Positions 20,426 to 29,818 are shown, counted from the first letter of the stretch. The stretch is DNA of 64,000 nt from a virus (IMGVR_UViG_3300035660_000003:22261-86260); one strand, 5' to 3'. A program made the numbers and translations. The notes: generated from the letters alone by a model not told the origin.

Positions 20426-20438
20426 AAGTTTTAAATAG
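20426..20438 (+). promoter_or_regulatory. TATA box aagttttaaatag, leaderless start
   Basis: ~25 nt before ATG 20459. Confidence 0.5.
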
Positions 20439-20458
20439 TTAAGTCACGTAAGCCATTT

Positions 20459-20944
20459 GTGAACCCAAAAATGCCACGACCGTATATTGGTTTAAGATAT
20501 TTAAAAAGAAAAGCATTCCAAAACAATTTAAGATATTGTGTAAGATGTAACAAGCCCTTTCTAAGAGAAACGGGAGAGTTCACTTGTTCTAAAAAATGTT
20601 CAATAGAATTACATAAACAAATTTGCCATAAAAGAAACGTTTTAGGGAAATATCATTACGATATATTTAGAAAACAATTCCATAATGAAAAAGTGAAAAT
20701 GAGAAAAGAAATAGGCGATAAATGTATTATTTGCGGTTCTAAAATGAATTTAGTTTTTCACGAAATTCACGGTAAAAAACACAGTTGTAATTTCACCTAT
20801 TCTAACAAAATTGAGAACAAAAAGGATTTGAATTTTGTTTGTTTATGCAATAATCATCATACTGCTTTACATTTTCTTAGTAAAACCGAAAAAACAAATT
20901 GGAAAAAATTTTTGGAATTGTTGGATTTACTGAAATTAAAATAG
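20459..20944 (+). CDS. HNH endonuclease-like with K-rich N-terminus
   Basis: CIICGS...FHEIHGKKH...LCNNHHTALH; leaderless after TATA 20426-20438. Confidence 0.7.
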   Translation: MNPKMPRPYIGLRYLKRKAFQNNLRYCVRCNKPFLRETGEFTCSKKCSIELHKQICHKRNVLGKYHYDIFRKQFHNEKVKMRKEIGDKCIICGSKMNLVFHEIHGKKHSCNFTYSNKIENKKDLNFVCLCNNHHTALHFLSKTEKTNWKKFLELLDLLKLK

Positions 20945-21802
20945 TTTTATTGCGTGACCTTTATTACCTTTAACTCCATCAATATAGGGATATGGTTTGC
21001 CATTTTGCTGAAAGAGCGGAAAAGTAATTACCCAAAAACTCTTTTCGTTCTTATCGAAAAACACGAATTCACCTCTATGCAAACCTACTACTGCATTAGC
21101 GAGATTTTTTCCACCCATTCTTTTTAGCTTATTTAAATCGTTGTCACCCGAAGTTGCACCTAACAAAAAGTAGCGTGACCTTTCAATTGCTTTAGGTGAT
21201 ATATCACTAAGTCTTTGACCAATAAAAAGAAATACCATTTTAAAATTCATTGCCTCAGAAATCACCTTTAACCAAAAACGCCCTTCATTTCCCGTAAGAG
21301 CATAACTTCCTAAAACATTCTGAGCCTCTTCTATCACGTAAACATCATAATATGGCACTTTTCCGTTAAACTTTTCCTTCATTTCCCTTTTCCGAATAAA
21401 ATCATTAAGAACAATTTGACCAATGGCATTTCTAGTGTCTAGAGAATCTGTGAAAGGAACATCCACTATCAAATCTAAAACCGTAGGCAAAATGCGATAA
21501 TCCTCTAAATTGAGGTATTGAATCGCATCATAATTGTAATGCCATTGTAAAACCGTGTCGAAAATTTCAGTTTTCATGGCTAAGTTTTTATGTTGATTCG
21601 TGTTCATTAACTCCCTCATTATACACATTGCAGTATTAGTTTTTCCCGTTTGTTTAACTCCGACTATTATTAATTGACCACTTTCTAAAAGTTTTCGCAC
21701 AATATCAATTAGTAAATCTTCATATTTCACGTTTTGAGTGGCTAACTCTAACACGTTAGGCATTTTCTGTTCTGGTTCTTTATTTGGTTCGCTCATAAAC
21801 AA
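20936..21802 (-). CDS. P-loop NTPase (FtsK/HerA-like?)
   Basis: Walker A GVKQTGKTNT, Walker B DVYVIEEAQN. Confidence 0.6.
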   Translation of the reverse strand: MFMSEPNKEPEQKMPNVLELATQNVKYEDLLIDIVRKLLESGQLIIVGVKQTGKTNTAMCIMRELMNTNQHKNLAMKTEIFDTVLQWHYNYDAIQYLNLEDYRILPTVLDLIVDVPFTDSLDTRNAIGQIVLNDFIRKREMKEKFNGKVPYYDVYVIEEAQNVLGSYALTGNEGRFWLKVISEAMNFKMVFLFIGQRLSDISPKAIERSRYFLLGATSGDNDLNKLKRMGGKNLANAVVGLHRGEFVFFDKNEKSFWVITFPLFQQNGKPYPYIDGVKGNKGHAIKLF

Positions 21803-22038
21803 GTCACTCCGATTAAGACAAATAAGGCAAACTCGATTATGCCTAAGCCAATTAGAAAGTTTCTCAAATCATTTCCACTCATAAATTGAACCACTCTACG
21901 ACCAAAATTATCACGTTTCCACAATTCGTGTTTACGTTCTGGTTTGCGTTCTCGACACGTTTTACACAGCAAACCTTCACCTATGAACATTGAACCACAA
22001 CTAAAGCATGGGTGTGGAATATCGGTTTTCTCGCTCAA
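21793..22038 (-). CDS. small CxxC + C-terminal TM protein
   Basis: 81 aa, overlaps ATPase start. Confidence 0.5.
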   Translation of the reverse strand: MSEKTDIPHPCFSCGSMFIGEGLLCKTCRERKPERKHELWKRDNFGRRVVQFMSGNDLRNFLIGLGIIEFALFVLIGVTCL

Positions 22039-22177
22039 TCTAGTTTCACTCTTTGTTAATACTGATATGCACTCCGTTCCTTATAAAGTTTTGCCAAACC
22101 GAAGCATAATTTTCCATAAAAAAATTGCAATTGCTTTGACCAGAACTACTGCACGGAGAGCCAAATTTTTGAAATAA

Positions 22178-22193
22178 TTAATCAATTGATTAA
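22178..22193. repeat. 16-bp palindrome TTAATCAATTGATTAA
   Basis: exact match. Confidence 0.95.
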
Positions 22194-22359
22194 TCTTTCC
22201 GATTTTTTGCCCAAGCTCAAAATTCAGGAGTTTATTACGAACCGTTTGCCAAAAGAACCTTAAATTAAGTTAATTCAAAATCTTGGAAGCGTCGCCGAGT
22301 CATCCAACCGTTACTCGGACACCAAGTTTCTCTCCGTTTTGAGAACCCTTTTTTAAAAC

Positions 22360-22375
22360 TTAATCAACTGATTAA
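22360..22375. repeat. palindrome variant TTAATCAACTGATTAA
   Basis: central AACT. Confidence 0.9.
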
Positions 22376-22444
22376 ACATTTCCCAACCCCCGTCTTCGCT
22401 TTGACACAACGCCCGTCTTCGTTTTGAAACTCCCCACTTAAAAC

Positions 22445-22460
22445 TTAATCAGTTGATTAA
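22445..22460. repeat. palindrome variant TTAATCAGTTGATTAA
   Basis: central AGTT. Confidence 0.9.
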
Positions 22461-22536
22461 ACGAACCATTATAAAAATTTCGCATTACCTTAGAAAACTT
22501 TAACAAAAACGCTAAGATTCTAAGAAAAAAATAAAA

Positions 22537-22905
22537 TCATAGTTTAATTAATGCGTTTATTTGAGAATCAGATAAAGTTAATAATCCGTGTTTTGTTCTA
22601 TGACATATTCTACATAAACAAACAAAATCTTCAACGTGTTTAAGAATATAACTAGAATTCGTTGGATGTTTTGTGAGTTTAATATTGTGATATTGAACGT
22701 CTTTTTTAGAACCGCACACCTTACAAGAATCCCCTAACAATTCAATGACTTTTTGTTTTGTTTTATAGCGTTTGTTTGCCTCTCTGATAAGATTTTTCGT
22801 TCTATATTTCCAATAACTTTTATGAGCCATTAATCTACATTTTTTTCTGTTTCTGGCATAATATTTTTGCTGAGACTTTCGCCTTTTATCTGAGGTTTTA
22901 AACAT
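22537..22905 (-). CDS. HNH endonuclease-like, K/Y-rich N-terminus
   Basis: CKVCGS...YHNIKLTKH...LCRICHRTKH. Confidence 0.7.
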   Translation of the reverse strand: MFKTSDKRRKSQQKYYARNRKKCRLMAHKSYWKYRTKNLIREANKRYKTKQKVIELLGDSCKVCGSKKDVQYHNIKLTKHPTNSSYILKHVEDFVCLCRICHRTKHGLLTLSDSQINALIKL

Positions 22906-23285
22906 TTTTACCCGTAAAAGAAAAAAGACTTTAAGTATATAAGTTTTATGGTTAATGATATTTGAGTAGGTTTATAACAGCATCAATTACCATTATCCAC
23001 AGCAAAATCATAACAATAGTCACGAGCATTGAAACAGCATTCACGCAAACTTGCGAATATAAATCCTCGAACATGCTTTTACCTTACGTAATCCTTAGTT
23101 TTTTTAGTGCGGTCAATTTTATAGGTTTCAATGGCTTTTAGCATTTCCTCACGACTTATCGGTTTTCCATGTTTTTGGGTTTCGCAACCCTCACAATCTT
23201 CCTCACATTCTGCCATTTTAATTCCTTAATTAACAATAGGTTAATCTCTCTTATAAACCTTCTCTATATAATCTATCTATCTAAA

Positions 23286-23301
23286 TTAATCAATTGATTA
23301 A
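23286..23301. repeat. 16-bp palindrome TTAATCAATTGATTAA
   Basis: exact match. Confidence 0.95.
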
Positions 23302-23538
23302 TCTTTTAGTTTCGGACAACCAGCCTACTTCATAGTTCAAATCGCCTCGAAAAACACCGAAAACCCGAAAACAAGCCCAAATCTCTGTCACCTAAGCCCA
23401 CCGCCCAACCTGTGCCTTAAAAATGCCCGAATTTCCCCGAATAGGCTTAATTTAGCCTCTTTTTTCAAAATAAGGAAAAATGAGTCAATTCTTTTTGTCG
23501 CACGAAGGGTGTCAGCCTAGCCGCTCCCATGAAAATGA

Positions 23539-23554
23539 TTAATCAATTGATTAA
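23539..23554. repeat. 16-bp palindrome TTAATCAATTGATTAA
   Basis: exact match. Confidence 0.95.
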
Positions 23555-23584
23555 ACGCCAGACTGCGGGAAATCAAGATTTTAC

Positions 23585-23600
23585 TTAATCAATTGATTAA
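23585..23600. repeat. 16-bp palindrome TTAATCAATTGATTAA
   Basis: exact match. Confidence 0.95.
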
Positions 23601-23760
23601 ACTGCCGAAACCATTAGTGCAACCAAAAATGTAATAATAGATGGCACTATGCCACATAGCCGCACATAGAGCCAAAAAATTCAGAAAGAATAATTTAGAA
23701 AATAAAAAAGGAGTTTATTTGTCGGCTTTTATTTAGAATTATTTGCTTTCTTTCAAATGT

Positions 23761-23815
23761 TGTATTTAAAAAGGCTAAAGTAAACCTGCTAAGATTGAAA
23801 GGCTAAAGTAAACCT
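23761..23815. repeat. tandem direct repeat, 2 x ~27 bp (aaggctaaagtaaacctgctaagattg)
   Basis: two adjacent exact copies. Confidence 0.8.
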
Positions 23816-23848
23816 GCTAAGATTGATTAGACCAATTGAAATTATAGC

Positions 23849-23902
23849 CTATTTAAAAAGTCGGAATTTCAAAGGGGTGGGGGGTATTTAAAAACTGGAG
23901 GA
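23849..23902 (-). promoter_or_regulatory. two tandem consensus promoters flanking a G-run
   Basis: ctatttaaaaagtcgg and gtatttaaaaactggagg. Confidence 0.4.
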
Positions 23903-24169
23903 GTCTTTGAATTCGTATTTGTATTGTGGTTCGTTGATTCGTTTACAAATCGCTATATGGTCTAAATAATATTTCGGCAAAATGTGGCATCCACAATACG
24001 GACATTCGATTCGACTTTCCTTCTGAAATGCTAAGAATTCGTCTGCCATCTCTTGCGGTTTTAGATAAGGTTTTTTGTTGTCTAAACGCCATTGACGAAA
24101 TTCGTTTTCATCAACAGTAACGCCTTTTTCCCGAAGAATTTTCAAAGCCCGTCTTTCATCTTGGTTCAA
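23888..24169 (-). CDS. small Zn-finger protein
   Basis: CPYCGC...HIAIC. Confidence 0.55.
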   Translation of the reverse strand: MNQDERRALKILREKGVTVDENEFRQWRLDNKKPYLKPQEMADEFLAFQKESRIECPYCGCHILPKYYLDHIAICKRINEPQYKYEFKDSSSF

Positions 24170-24182
24170 TATTCATCTTCCT

Positions 24183-24746
24183 CTAACTCTTATGACATTC
24201 AATGATTAATTTTTGTAGTTTCTCATATTTTAAAACTCGGTGTAATGTTCTATGGCAAAGGGAACACAATGGAATAAAATCTTCAACATGATTAAGAATA
24301 TACCAATATGATGTTGTATGTATCTTACCATGAATTTCGTGATATTCTACATTATCCATTCTTCCGCAAGTTTTACATCTATCTCCAATTAATTGAATAA
24401 TTTTAGCCTTTTTAATAGAACTCAATTCTTTATGTCGTAAAAGTCTTTCTTTTCTGTGTTGTTGATAATATTTCTTTCTTCTCCCCCTAATTTGTTCTTT
24501 ATGAATTTGGTAATATCTTTTATCGTATTTTTTTATTTGTTCTGGATGTTCTTGGCAGTATTTTCTACCATATTCTTTTCTCTGTTTTTTATGTAATTGA
24601 TAATATTCTTTTCCGTGTTTTTGAATCTGCTCTTTATGTAAAGAACGGTATTTTCTACTATATCCTCTACATTGTTCTTTATGCATTTCACGGTATTTCT
24701 TATTAAATTCTTTCATATATTTTTTTCTATCAGTCGTCATTTTCAC
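24183..24746 (-). CDS. HNH endonuclease-like with six ~11-aa KxYxxxHKEQ repeats
   Basis: CKTCGR...YHEIHGKIH...LCSLCHRTLH. Confidence 0.7.
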   Translation of the reverse strand: MKMTTDRKKYMKEFNKKYREMHKEQCRGYSRKYRSLHKEQIQKHGKEYYQLHKKQRKEYGRKYCQEHPEQIKKYDKRYYQIHKEQIRGRRKKYYQQHRKERLLRHKELSSIKKAKIIQLIGDRCKTCGRMDNVEYHEIHGKIHTTSYWYILNHVEDFIPLCSLCHRTLHRVLKYEKLQKLIIECHKS

Positions 24747-24896
24747 CTTTTCCTTTGTTAAATCTTAAACATTCTTCTTTATTGCAAATGTTACCTGTTT
24801 CTGAACAATAGCAAACTTTATCTTCGCCTTTAACGTGAAACTTACACGTTCGTTCATATTGTGTGAAACTAATTGGTTTCGGTTTCTTTTCTGGCA

Positions 24897-25094
24897 TTAT
24901 TTCACCTCTACCGTATTAAAGGGAGTTGTTAAAAGAGCCATTGGTTTTCCGATTTCGCCCTTCCATCCACAATTTTTGCATTCCGCACCGAAATCGGTTC
25001 GTATTTCGCCTTTTTTGACATCTCTAACCTTAATTTTTTTGGCGAGTTTCACAGTATAAGCAAGATTTGGATTCCCACATTTAGGACACTTCAT
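24897..25094 (-). CDS. small Zn-ribbon protein
   Basis: CPKCGN...CKNCGW. Confidence 0.55.
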   Translation of the reverse strand: MKCPKCGNPNLAYTVKLAKKIKVRDVKKGEIRTDFGAECKNCGWKGEIGKPMALLTTPFNTVEVK

Positions 25095-25309
25095 GCTTCA
25101 TCTTCCTCGAATCGCTTTAGAATGTTGCCCTTTTCGTCAATTAATCCCATTTTAATGAGGTTTGAGGCTGTTCGCCCGTAAACGCCCTGTAAATGCCAAC
25201 ACAAGCCATCTTTAATTAATTCGGCGAAAAAGTCAAGCACCTCATTTCCATCCATCTCGCCCGATTCAAACCTTATGAATTTATCGACTCTATCGGTTCT
25301 TTCTGACAC
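25091..25309 (-). CDS. hypothetical small protein
   Basis: 72 aa, ATGA overlap. Confidence 0.5.
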   Translation of the reverse strand: MSERTDRVDKFIRFESGEMDGNEVLDFFAELIKDGLCWHLQGVYGRTASNLIKMGLIDEKGNILKRFEEDEA

Positions 25310-25320
25310 CGTTCATTTCC

Positions 25321-25632
25321 TCAATCATTTGAATTTAACGTTCCGTGAGGGCATTCGTAAGTTTTGTATTTCTCTCTAGTTTCTACAACGTCTTCTTTGA
25401 TTCTAAACCATATATATTGTAACCATTCTGTGAACCATGCCCTAATTCTCCAATAGATTTCTCTAAGTTTCGAAATTCGTGTGTTTAGATAGTTTTCGTA
25501 ACTCTTACAATCACAAGCATATGCACATCTCTTGCAAAAGTCAGTCTTAACAGTTTCTCCAATCGGACATTCAATTCGTTCTCTGAGTCTGATAAATTTC
25601 GACATTTTTCTTACCTTACTAGATAACAACAA
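25321..25632 (-). CDS. hypothetical Cys-rich protein
   Basis: 103 aa; promoter 25636-25652. Confidence 0.55.
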   Translation of the reverse strand: MLLSSKVRKMSKFIRLRERIECPIGETVKTDFCKRCAYACDCKSYENYLNTRISKLREIYWRIRAWFTEWLQYIWFRIKEDVVETREKYKTYECPHGTLNSND

Positions 25633-25635
25633 CTT

Positions 25636-25652
25636 CGCCTCTTATAAGGGTT
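25636..25652 (-). promoter_or_regulatory. BRE/TATA promoter (cgcctcttataagggtt)
   Basis: same 17-mer as 32461; upstream of 25632 start. Confidence 0.5.
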
Positions 25653-26637
25653 TCTGATTTTTAGGTTCACTTGTTTCTTTCGGTATTAGTTTCACAAAAC
25701 CATCTTTGGTTATTTCGTATCCGAGATAATGTGCATTGAATCTACAAAGTCTGCACTTTAGGATTCGGAAGAAATTCAGTATTGCACCTTGTTTTGCAGA
25801 AGGAACGTCCATCTTGATTGTGCCATCCCATGAAGAGATTTTCTTGTAATCCAGAACGAAAACCGCATCGACAATATGCGAAATCGAAATTCCGCCAGCC
25901 ATTGCAAGAGTATCGCTTTCCTCTATGGCTCTTTGGTTTACTAGAATTGAAGTTATTCCGTGAATCTGGTTGTATCGCATTAATTCAAGAACACGATATT
26001 TGATTTGACCTCGCACATCTTCTAAGAGCGTCATTGAATCAACAAGTAACAAGTCTATTCCTTCGCCTTCAGCTAGACTTCTGTATGTTGAAACGAAGGC
26101 ATTCCACTCTCTCAATTCTGCAAACATCACGGTATCGATTACTGAGAGATTTTTGCTGATGTTTTCCCAATTTAGACCTAGAATCTTTGCTCTTTCTCGG
26201 AATCTTGATTCTAAATCGAATCGTGGCGTTTCTGTTTTCCACGCCTCTTCACTTGTCACAAAGCAAACTTTCTTCCCACTATCAGCTACTCGGAGAGCAA
26301 TTTCTTCTATCAAGAGGCTTTTTCCCGAATTTGGCAAACCTGTTAAAATGCTATTTGAGCCGAAAGGAATTCCTTCTATTGGCTTATCGTTCGAATCGAG
26401 AAACATCATATCGAGAAAACTGAAAGTTTTGAACGGTGATAATTCTTTCTTGTTTTCTTCGCCCACAGTTGGCTTAACAACTTTCTGGCTTTTTGCTTGC
26501 TCCATTTTTTGAGCGAACGGAGCATTAACACTAGCCCATTCATTTTGTGTAGCATTAGCCAAAACAAGTTTAACTGCCTCAGCTATTGCTTTAGCGGTTT
26601 CTTGAACGCTTTTTTCCTTATCTTTTTCTTCGGACAT
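25642..26637 (-). CDS. RecA-superfamily ATPase (KaiC/RadA-like)
   Basis: Walker A GLPNSGKSLL, Walker B IDLLLVDSMT. Confidence 0.7.
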   Translation of the reverse strand: MSEEKDKEKSVQETAKAIAEAVKLVLANATQNEWASVNAPFAQKMEQAKSQKVVKPTVGEENKKELSPFKTFSFLDMMFLDSNDKPIEGIPFGSNSILTGLPNSGKSLLIEEIALRVADSGKKVCFVTSEEAWKTETPRFDLESRFRERAKILGLNWENISKNLSVIDTVMFAELREWNAFVSTYRSLAEGEGIDLLLVDSMTLLEDVRGQIKYRVLELMRYNQIHGITSILVNQRAIEESDTLAMAGGISISHIVDAVFVLDYKKISSWDGTIKMDVPSAKQGAILNFFRILKCRLCRFNAHYLGYEITKDGFVKLIPKETSEPKNQKPL

Positions 26638-26817
26638 TTAATCACCTAATTTCGTGTTGGCAAAGAATATGAATGCTCCATAGAGAATTGCGGGTGTATT
26701 CTGTGCAAACAAACCTGCCAAAGCGGTTACTAATCCGAATATCTTTCCGAGCATTTTGAGTGTTTTAACCGTTTTATTTTCGGACATTTTTTATCCCTTT
26801 ACAATTACTAATAACTT

Positions 26818-26837
26818 CGTCTTATATAAACCTTTGC
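26818..26837 (-). promoter_or_regulatory. BRE/TATA promoter
   Basis: cgtcttatataaacctttgc. Confidence 0.45.
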
Positions 26838-26838
26838 A

Positions 26839-27126
26839 CTATATGAGCATCACCTTAATATTGTAATGGGGAATTTTTTCCTTCATAAACACATCAAAGA
26901 ATAAATCAAACCACGCTTTTTCCCATTCTTTTTTTCCGTAACTCTCAAATTTTTTACCCTCTAAATTACTCCATGCTTGATAACATTTACAACAAAGAAA
27001 AATATCAATTTCTACTCGTTTATCATCAAATTGATTTTTCCGTGCGAAAAATGACATTTGTTCATCATTAGTTTTTCCACATCTATAACAAATTTCATTT
27101 TTATATAAAGGTTTTATAAGTTTCAT
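26839..27126 (-). CDS. KVKV-tail family Zn-ribbon protein (NIKVMLI)
   Basis: CxxC pairs. Confidence 0.6.
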   Translation of the reverse strand: MKLIKPLYKNEICYRCGKTNDEQMSFFARKNQFDDKRVEIDIFLCCKCYQAWSNLEGKKFESYGKKEWEKAWFDLFFDVFMKEKIPHYNIKVMLI

Positions 27127-27428
27127 ATGAGTATCACTTTCACTTTTGGGGGTTTTACACCCATAAATTCAGCAAAAACTTCGTGCCAAATTTCATCCTC
27201 AAGCGAGAAATATGGTTTTTTATGTGATTGTCCTTGTCTGGATTGACATCTAACTACCACTTTAGAATACCATTTATCCCATTCAGAATGACATTCTTCA
27301 CAAAGCAAATATTTACTCATATCATAATTATGAGTTCCCTCTCCAATTCCACATCTGTCACATTTCTTTAATTTTTGCTTTTTCATTCTTTCGCAATCTC
27401 CATCACGAAAGAAGTGTGTTCTCGGCAT
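27123..27428 (-). CDS. KVKV-tail family Zn-ribbon protein (KVKVILI)
   Basis: CxxC pairs; ATGA overlap. Confidence 0.65.
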   Translation of the reverse strand: MPRTHFFRDGDCERMKKQKLKKCDRCGIGEGTHNYDMSKYLLCEECHSEWDKWYSKVVVRCQSRQGQSHKKPYFSLEDEIWHEVFAEFMGVKPPKVKVILI

Positions 27429-28048
27429 TTTACTTTAAGCCAGCAAATACTTCTAGTATCTGGCTCATAAACGCTGTTGATTTGTTTGAGAACTACGCCC
27501 TCAAATCCGTTTTCTTTCGCCCATTCATACATTTTTCGGTTTTCAGTTGTTTGAGGGATTATCCTAATATTTGTAAAACCGTAAAGTTGGTTCTGTAAAT
27601 TGACAAAGTTTTCCAGAATTTTGCGTCTTTTCCAATACGGCACTTTCGTTAAATCCACGCCATCTAACATCATTATATCCCAAACGTAAAGACCTACGGG
27701 ATAAATATCTTTGTATTTATCAATTTTTTCTTTGGCGGAAATTTGGCATCTAAACTGTGAACCAGCAAAAACCATGTGACCGTTTTTGTCAATGTAAACG
27801 ACTTCGCCATCCAAACGATAATCATGTTTCATTGTTCTAAGCGGTTCTACGATTTCTGGCAAAGTTTCGTTATAGGCAAGCCCTCTACGACTATAAATCC
27901 GAAAATCCTCGCCCATCTTTTCGATTATTACTCTTGTGCCATCAACTTTTAATTCAGCCACATAATCTTTTCTGTCTAAGTCGTTCTGTGAACCCGTTTC
28001 GCACAATTCTGGCTCAAACCACTCTTCTAGTTTAATTTTCAATCCCAT
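27383..28048 (-). CDS. minimal ATP-dependent DNA ligase-like nucleotidyltransferase (NTase domain only)
   Basis: motif I KVDGTR, III LDGEVV, IV DIMMLDG, V EGVVLK, WLKVK; 221 aa, no OB domain. Confidence 0.65.
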   Translation of the reverse strand: MGLKIKLEEWFEPELCETGSQNDLDRKDYVAELKVDGTRVIIEKMGEDFRIYSRRGLAYNETLPEIVEPLRTMKHDYRLDGEVVYIDKNGHMVFAGSQFRCQISAKEKIDKYKDIYPVGLYVWDIMMLDGVDLTKVPYWKRRKILENFVNLQNQLYGFTNIRIIPQTTENRKMYEWAKENGFEGVVLKQINSVYEPDTRSICWLKVKCREHTSFVMEIAKE

Positions 28049-28093
28049 CTTCTTACCTAAGATATGTAAGGGTTATCCTTCTTAAAAACGTTT

Positions 28094-28471
28094 CTATTGT
28101 TTTAAAATATTTTGTTTTAAAGGTTGAACCAAATCATTCCATTTCGATTCGTTTATTTTTATTAAGAACAAATAATGATGAATGGTTCTATGACATTTAT
28201 GGCATAATGGAACGAAATCTTGATAATGTTTTAGAATATAATAGGGATGCGTGTCATGGGGTTTGCCGTGAATTTCGTGGTAAATTATTTTCTGTGGATT
28301 AGAATTACACAAAATGCATATTTTACCAATCAGAGCAAAAAGTTCCTTCCTAATTCGTTCATCACGCTTTTTTTGATATTCTATCATGGATACTGAACGG
28401 GATTTCCATTTATCGGGGTTTCGTTTATAATAATCTTTCATGTATTTTCGTTGATATTCTTTTCTGTCCAT
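28094..28471 (-). CDS. HNH endonuclease-like, K/Y-rich N-terminus
   Basis: CILCNS...YHEIHGKPH...LCHKCHRTIH. Confidence 0.7.
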   Translation of the reverse strand: MDRKEYQRKYMKDYYKRNPDKWKSRSVSMIEYQKKRDERIRKELFALIGKICILCNSNPQKIIYHEIHGKPHDTHPYYILKHYQDFVPLCHKCHRTIHHYLFLIKINESKWNDLVQPLKQNILKQ

Positions 28472-28503
28472 TTTTAAGTCTCTTTAACAAAATAAAGCCC
28501 AAT

Positions 28504-28523
28504 CCGCTATTTAAATTTTATGC
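28504..28523 (-). promoter_or_regulatory. BRE/TATA promoter for HNH gene
   Basis: ccgctatttaaattttatgc ~40 nt upstream of 28471. Confidence 0.5.
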
Positions 28524-28587
28524 TTATTGGTTGGATAATCCAACCAGTCAAGTCCATCGGCGAATCCATCGTCCAGAAGTGAAAAGA

Positions 28588-28603
28588 TTAATCAATTGAT
28601 TAA
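28588..28603. repeat. 16-bp palindrome TTAATCAATTGATTAA
   Basis: exact; 115 nt upstream of HNH gene. Confidence 0.95.
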
Positions 28604-28736
28604 TTCGTCCCCATTTTGGAACAATTGAATTTTTGAAAAATTCTGCGGGACCGATTATAACCTCTCTAAAAAGTTGGGATTGTAAAAGGGCGGGGGGCGT
28701 TCGCTAGAGTTTATAAATGTTCGCTCTTAACGAAAC

Positions 28737-29006
28737 TTAGATAAGAATAACTTTAACTATTTCCTTTTCTTCTTTCCATTTTAGATAAGTCTCAAACAAC
28801 TTATATGGATTGATTGACCTACACCATTTAGAATGATATTCAAACCACTTTTTGCAACAAATAGAACAAAGAAGATTTTCAATGTGTCTTTTATCAAATT
28901 TAGGATTAGTGCGAAATTCCTTTCCACATTTCAAGCATTTTACTTTCTTCTTTAAATGCGTCAAACCAGAATCACCTTGATTTTCTGTTTGAAACGGATT
29001 TTGCAT
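28737..29006 (-). CDS. KVKV-tail family Zn-ribbon protein (IVKVILI)
   Basis: CxxC pairs. Confidence 0.6.
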   Translation of the reverse strand: MQNPFQTENQGDSGLTHLKKKVKCLKCGKEFRTNPKFDKRHIENLLCSICCKKWFEYHSKWCRSINPYKLFETYLKWKEEKEIVKVILI

Positions 29007-29085
29007 CCATCTTTATGAGGGCAATGTTCACAATATTGAAACTCATTGCAATCTTTGACCTCATGTGTTATAATATTTACAAGTC

Positions 29086-29307
29086 TCAAATTAATATCAC
29101 TTTTATTTTCTCTTTCTGTTTTTTATGAACCTCAATCTCAGAACGGTTTTTAGTTTTAGCCTTTCGAAGTAATCTGTTTGCTTCCACTCTCCACCTTTCG
29201 TATAATAGATTAAAGGATATTTCTTGTTCTTTAATGAACTTTTCTGCCTCATTGGTTGCACTTTCGACAAATAACTTATCAATTAGCCATCTTATAGGAT
29301 TTTTCAT
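29086..29307 (-). CDS. KVKV-tail family protein (KIKVILI)
   Basis: 73 aa. Confidence 0.6.
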   Translation of the reverse strand: MKNPIRWLIDKLFVESATNEAEKFIKEQEISFNLLYERWRVEANRLLRKAKTKNRSEIEVHKKQKEKIKVILI

Positions 29308-29516
29308 ATTAATATCACTTTAATTTTGGATGGTTTCGTTCTGACAAATTTCAAAAATAGTTTAGTCCATTCCGCTCCGTTTGAACCTTTCGGATAAGTG
29401 GCGTGATAAATTTTCACCCATAATCTTACACATTTTATGCAAAGTTTAACATAGTTTGTTCCATCCATTAAATCAAAACCCGTAAATTCTTCCTTTGAAT
29501 CGCATCTGTCACACAT
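29304..29516 (-). CDS. KVKV-tail family Zn-ribbon protein (KIKVILI)
   Basis: first gene; TATA 29543-29556 then palindrome. Confidence 0.65.
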   Translation of the reverse strand: MCDRCDSKEEFTGFDLMDGTNYVKLCIKCVRLWVKIYHATYPKGSNGAEWTKLFLKFVRTKPSKIKVILI

Positions 29517-29542
29517 TTTAATTCATTATTATAGATAGTTTT

Positions 29543-29556
29543 GGCTCTTATAAACG
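29543..29556 (-). promoter_or_regulatory. TATA box of array C
   Basis: ggctcttataaacg; palindrome 8 bp upstream. Confidence 0.5.
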
Positions 29557-29562
29557 TATCGT

Positions 29563-29578
29563 TTAATCAATTGATTAA
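29563..29578. repeat. 16-bp palindrome TTAATCAATTGATTAA
   Basis: exact; 8 bp from TATA box of array C. Confidence 0.95.
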
Positions 29579-29818
29579 GTTTTCCAATTTAATTTTCCAT
29601 AATCGAGAATAAAACTTTTCGCCTTTCTTTCGGCAAAATCACGGAACTTTTAATGAAAACTTACCGAGTTCGAACAACTTTATTTGGCATTATGAAAAAA
29701 CTTAATGAGTATGGGAAAAGCACGGATAATTCATTAATATTTTTCCCTTAATGCCAAATAATTTCGTTCGCTAATCTTCGAATGACACACCAATGATGCC
29801 CAAATTCATAAGATAAGA

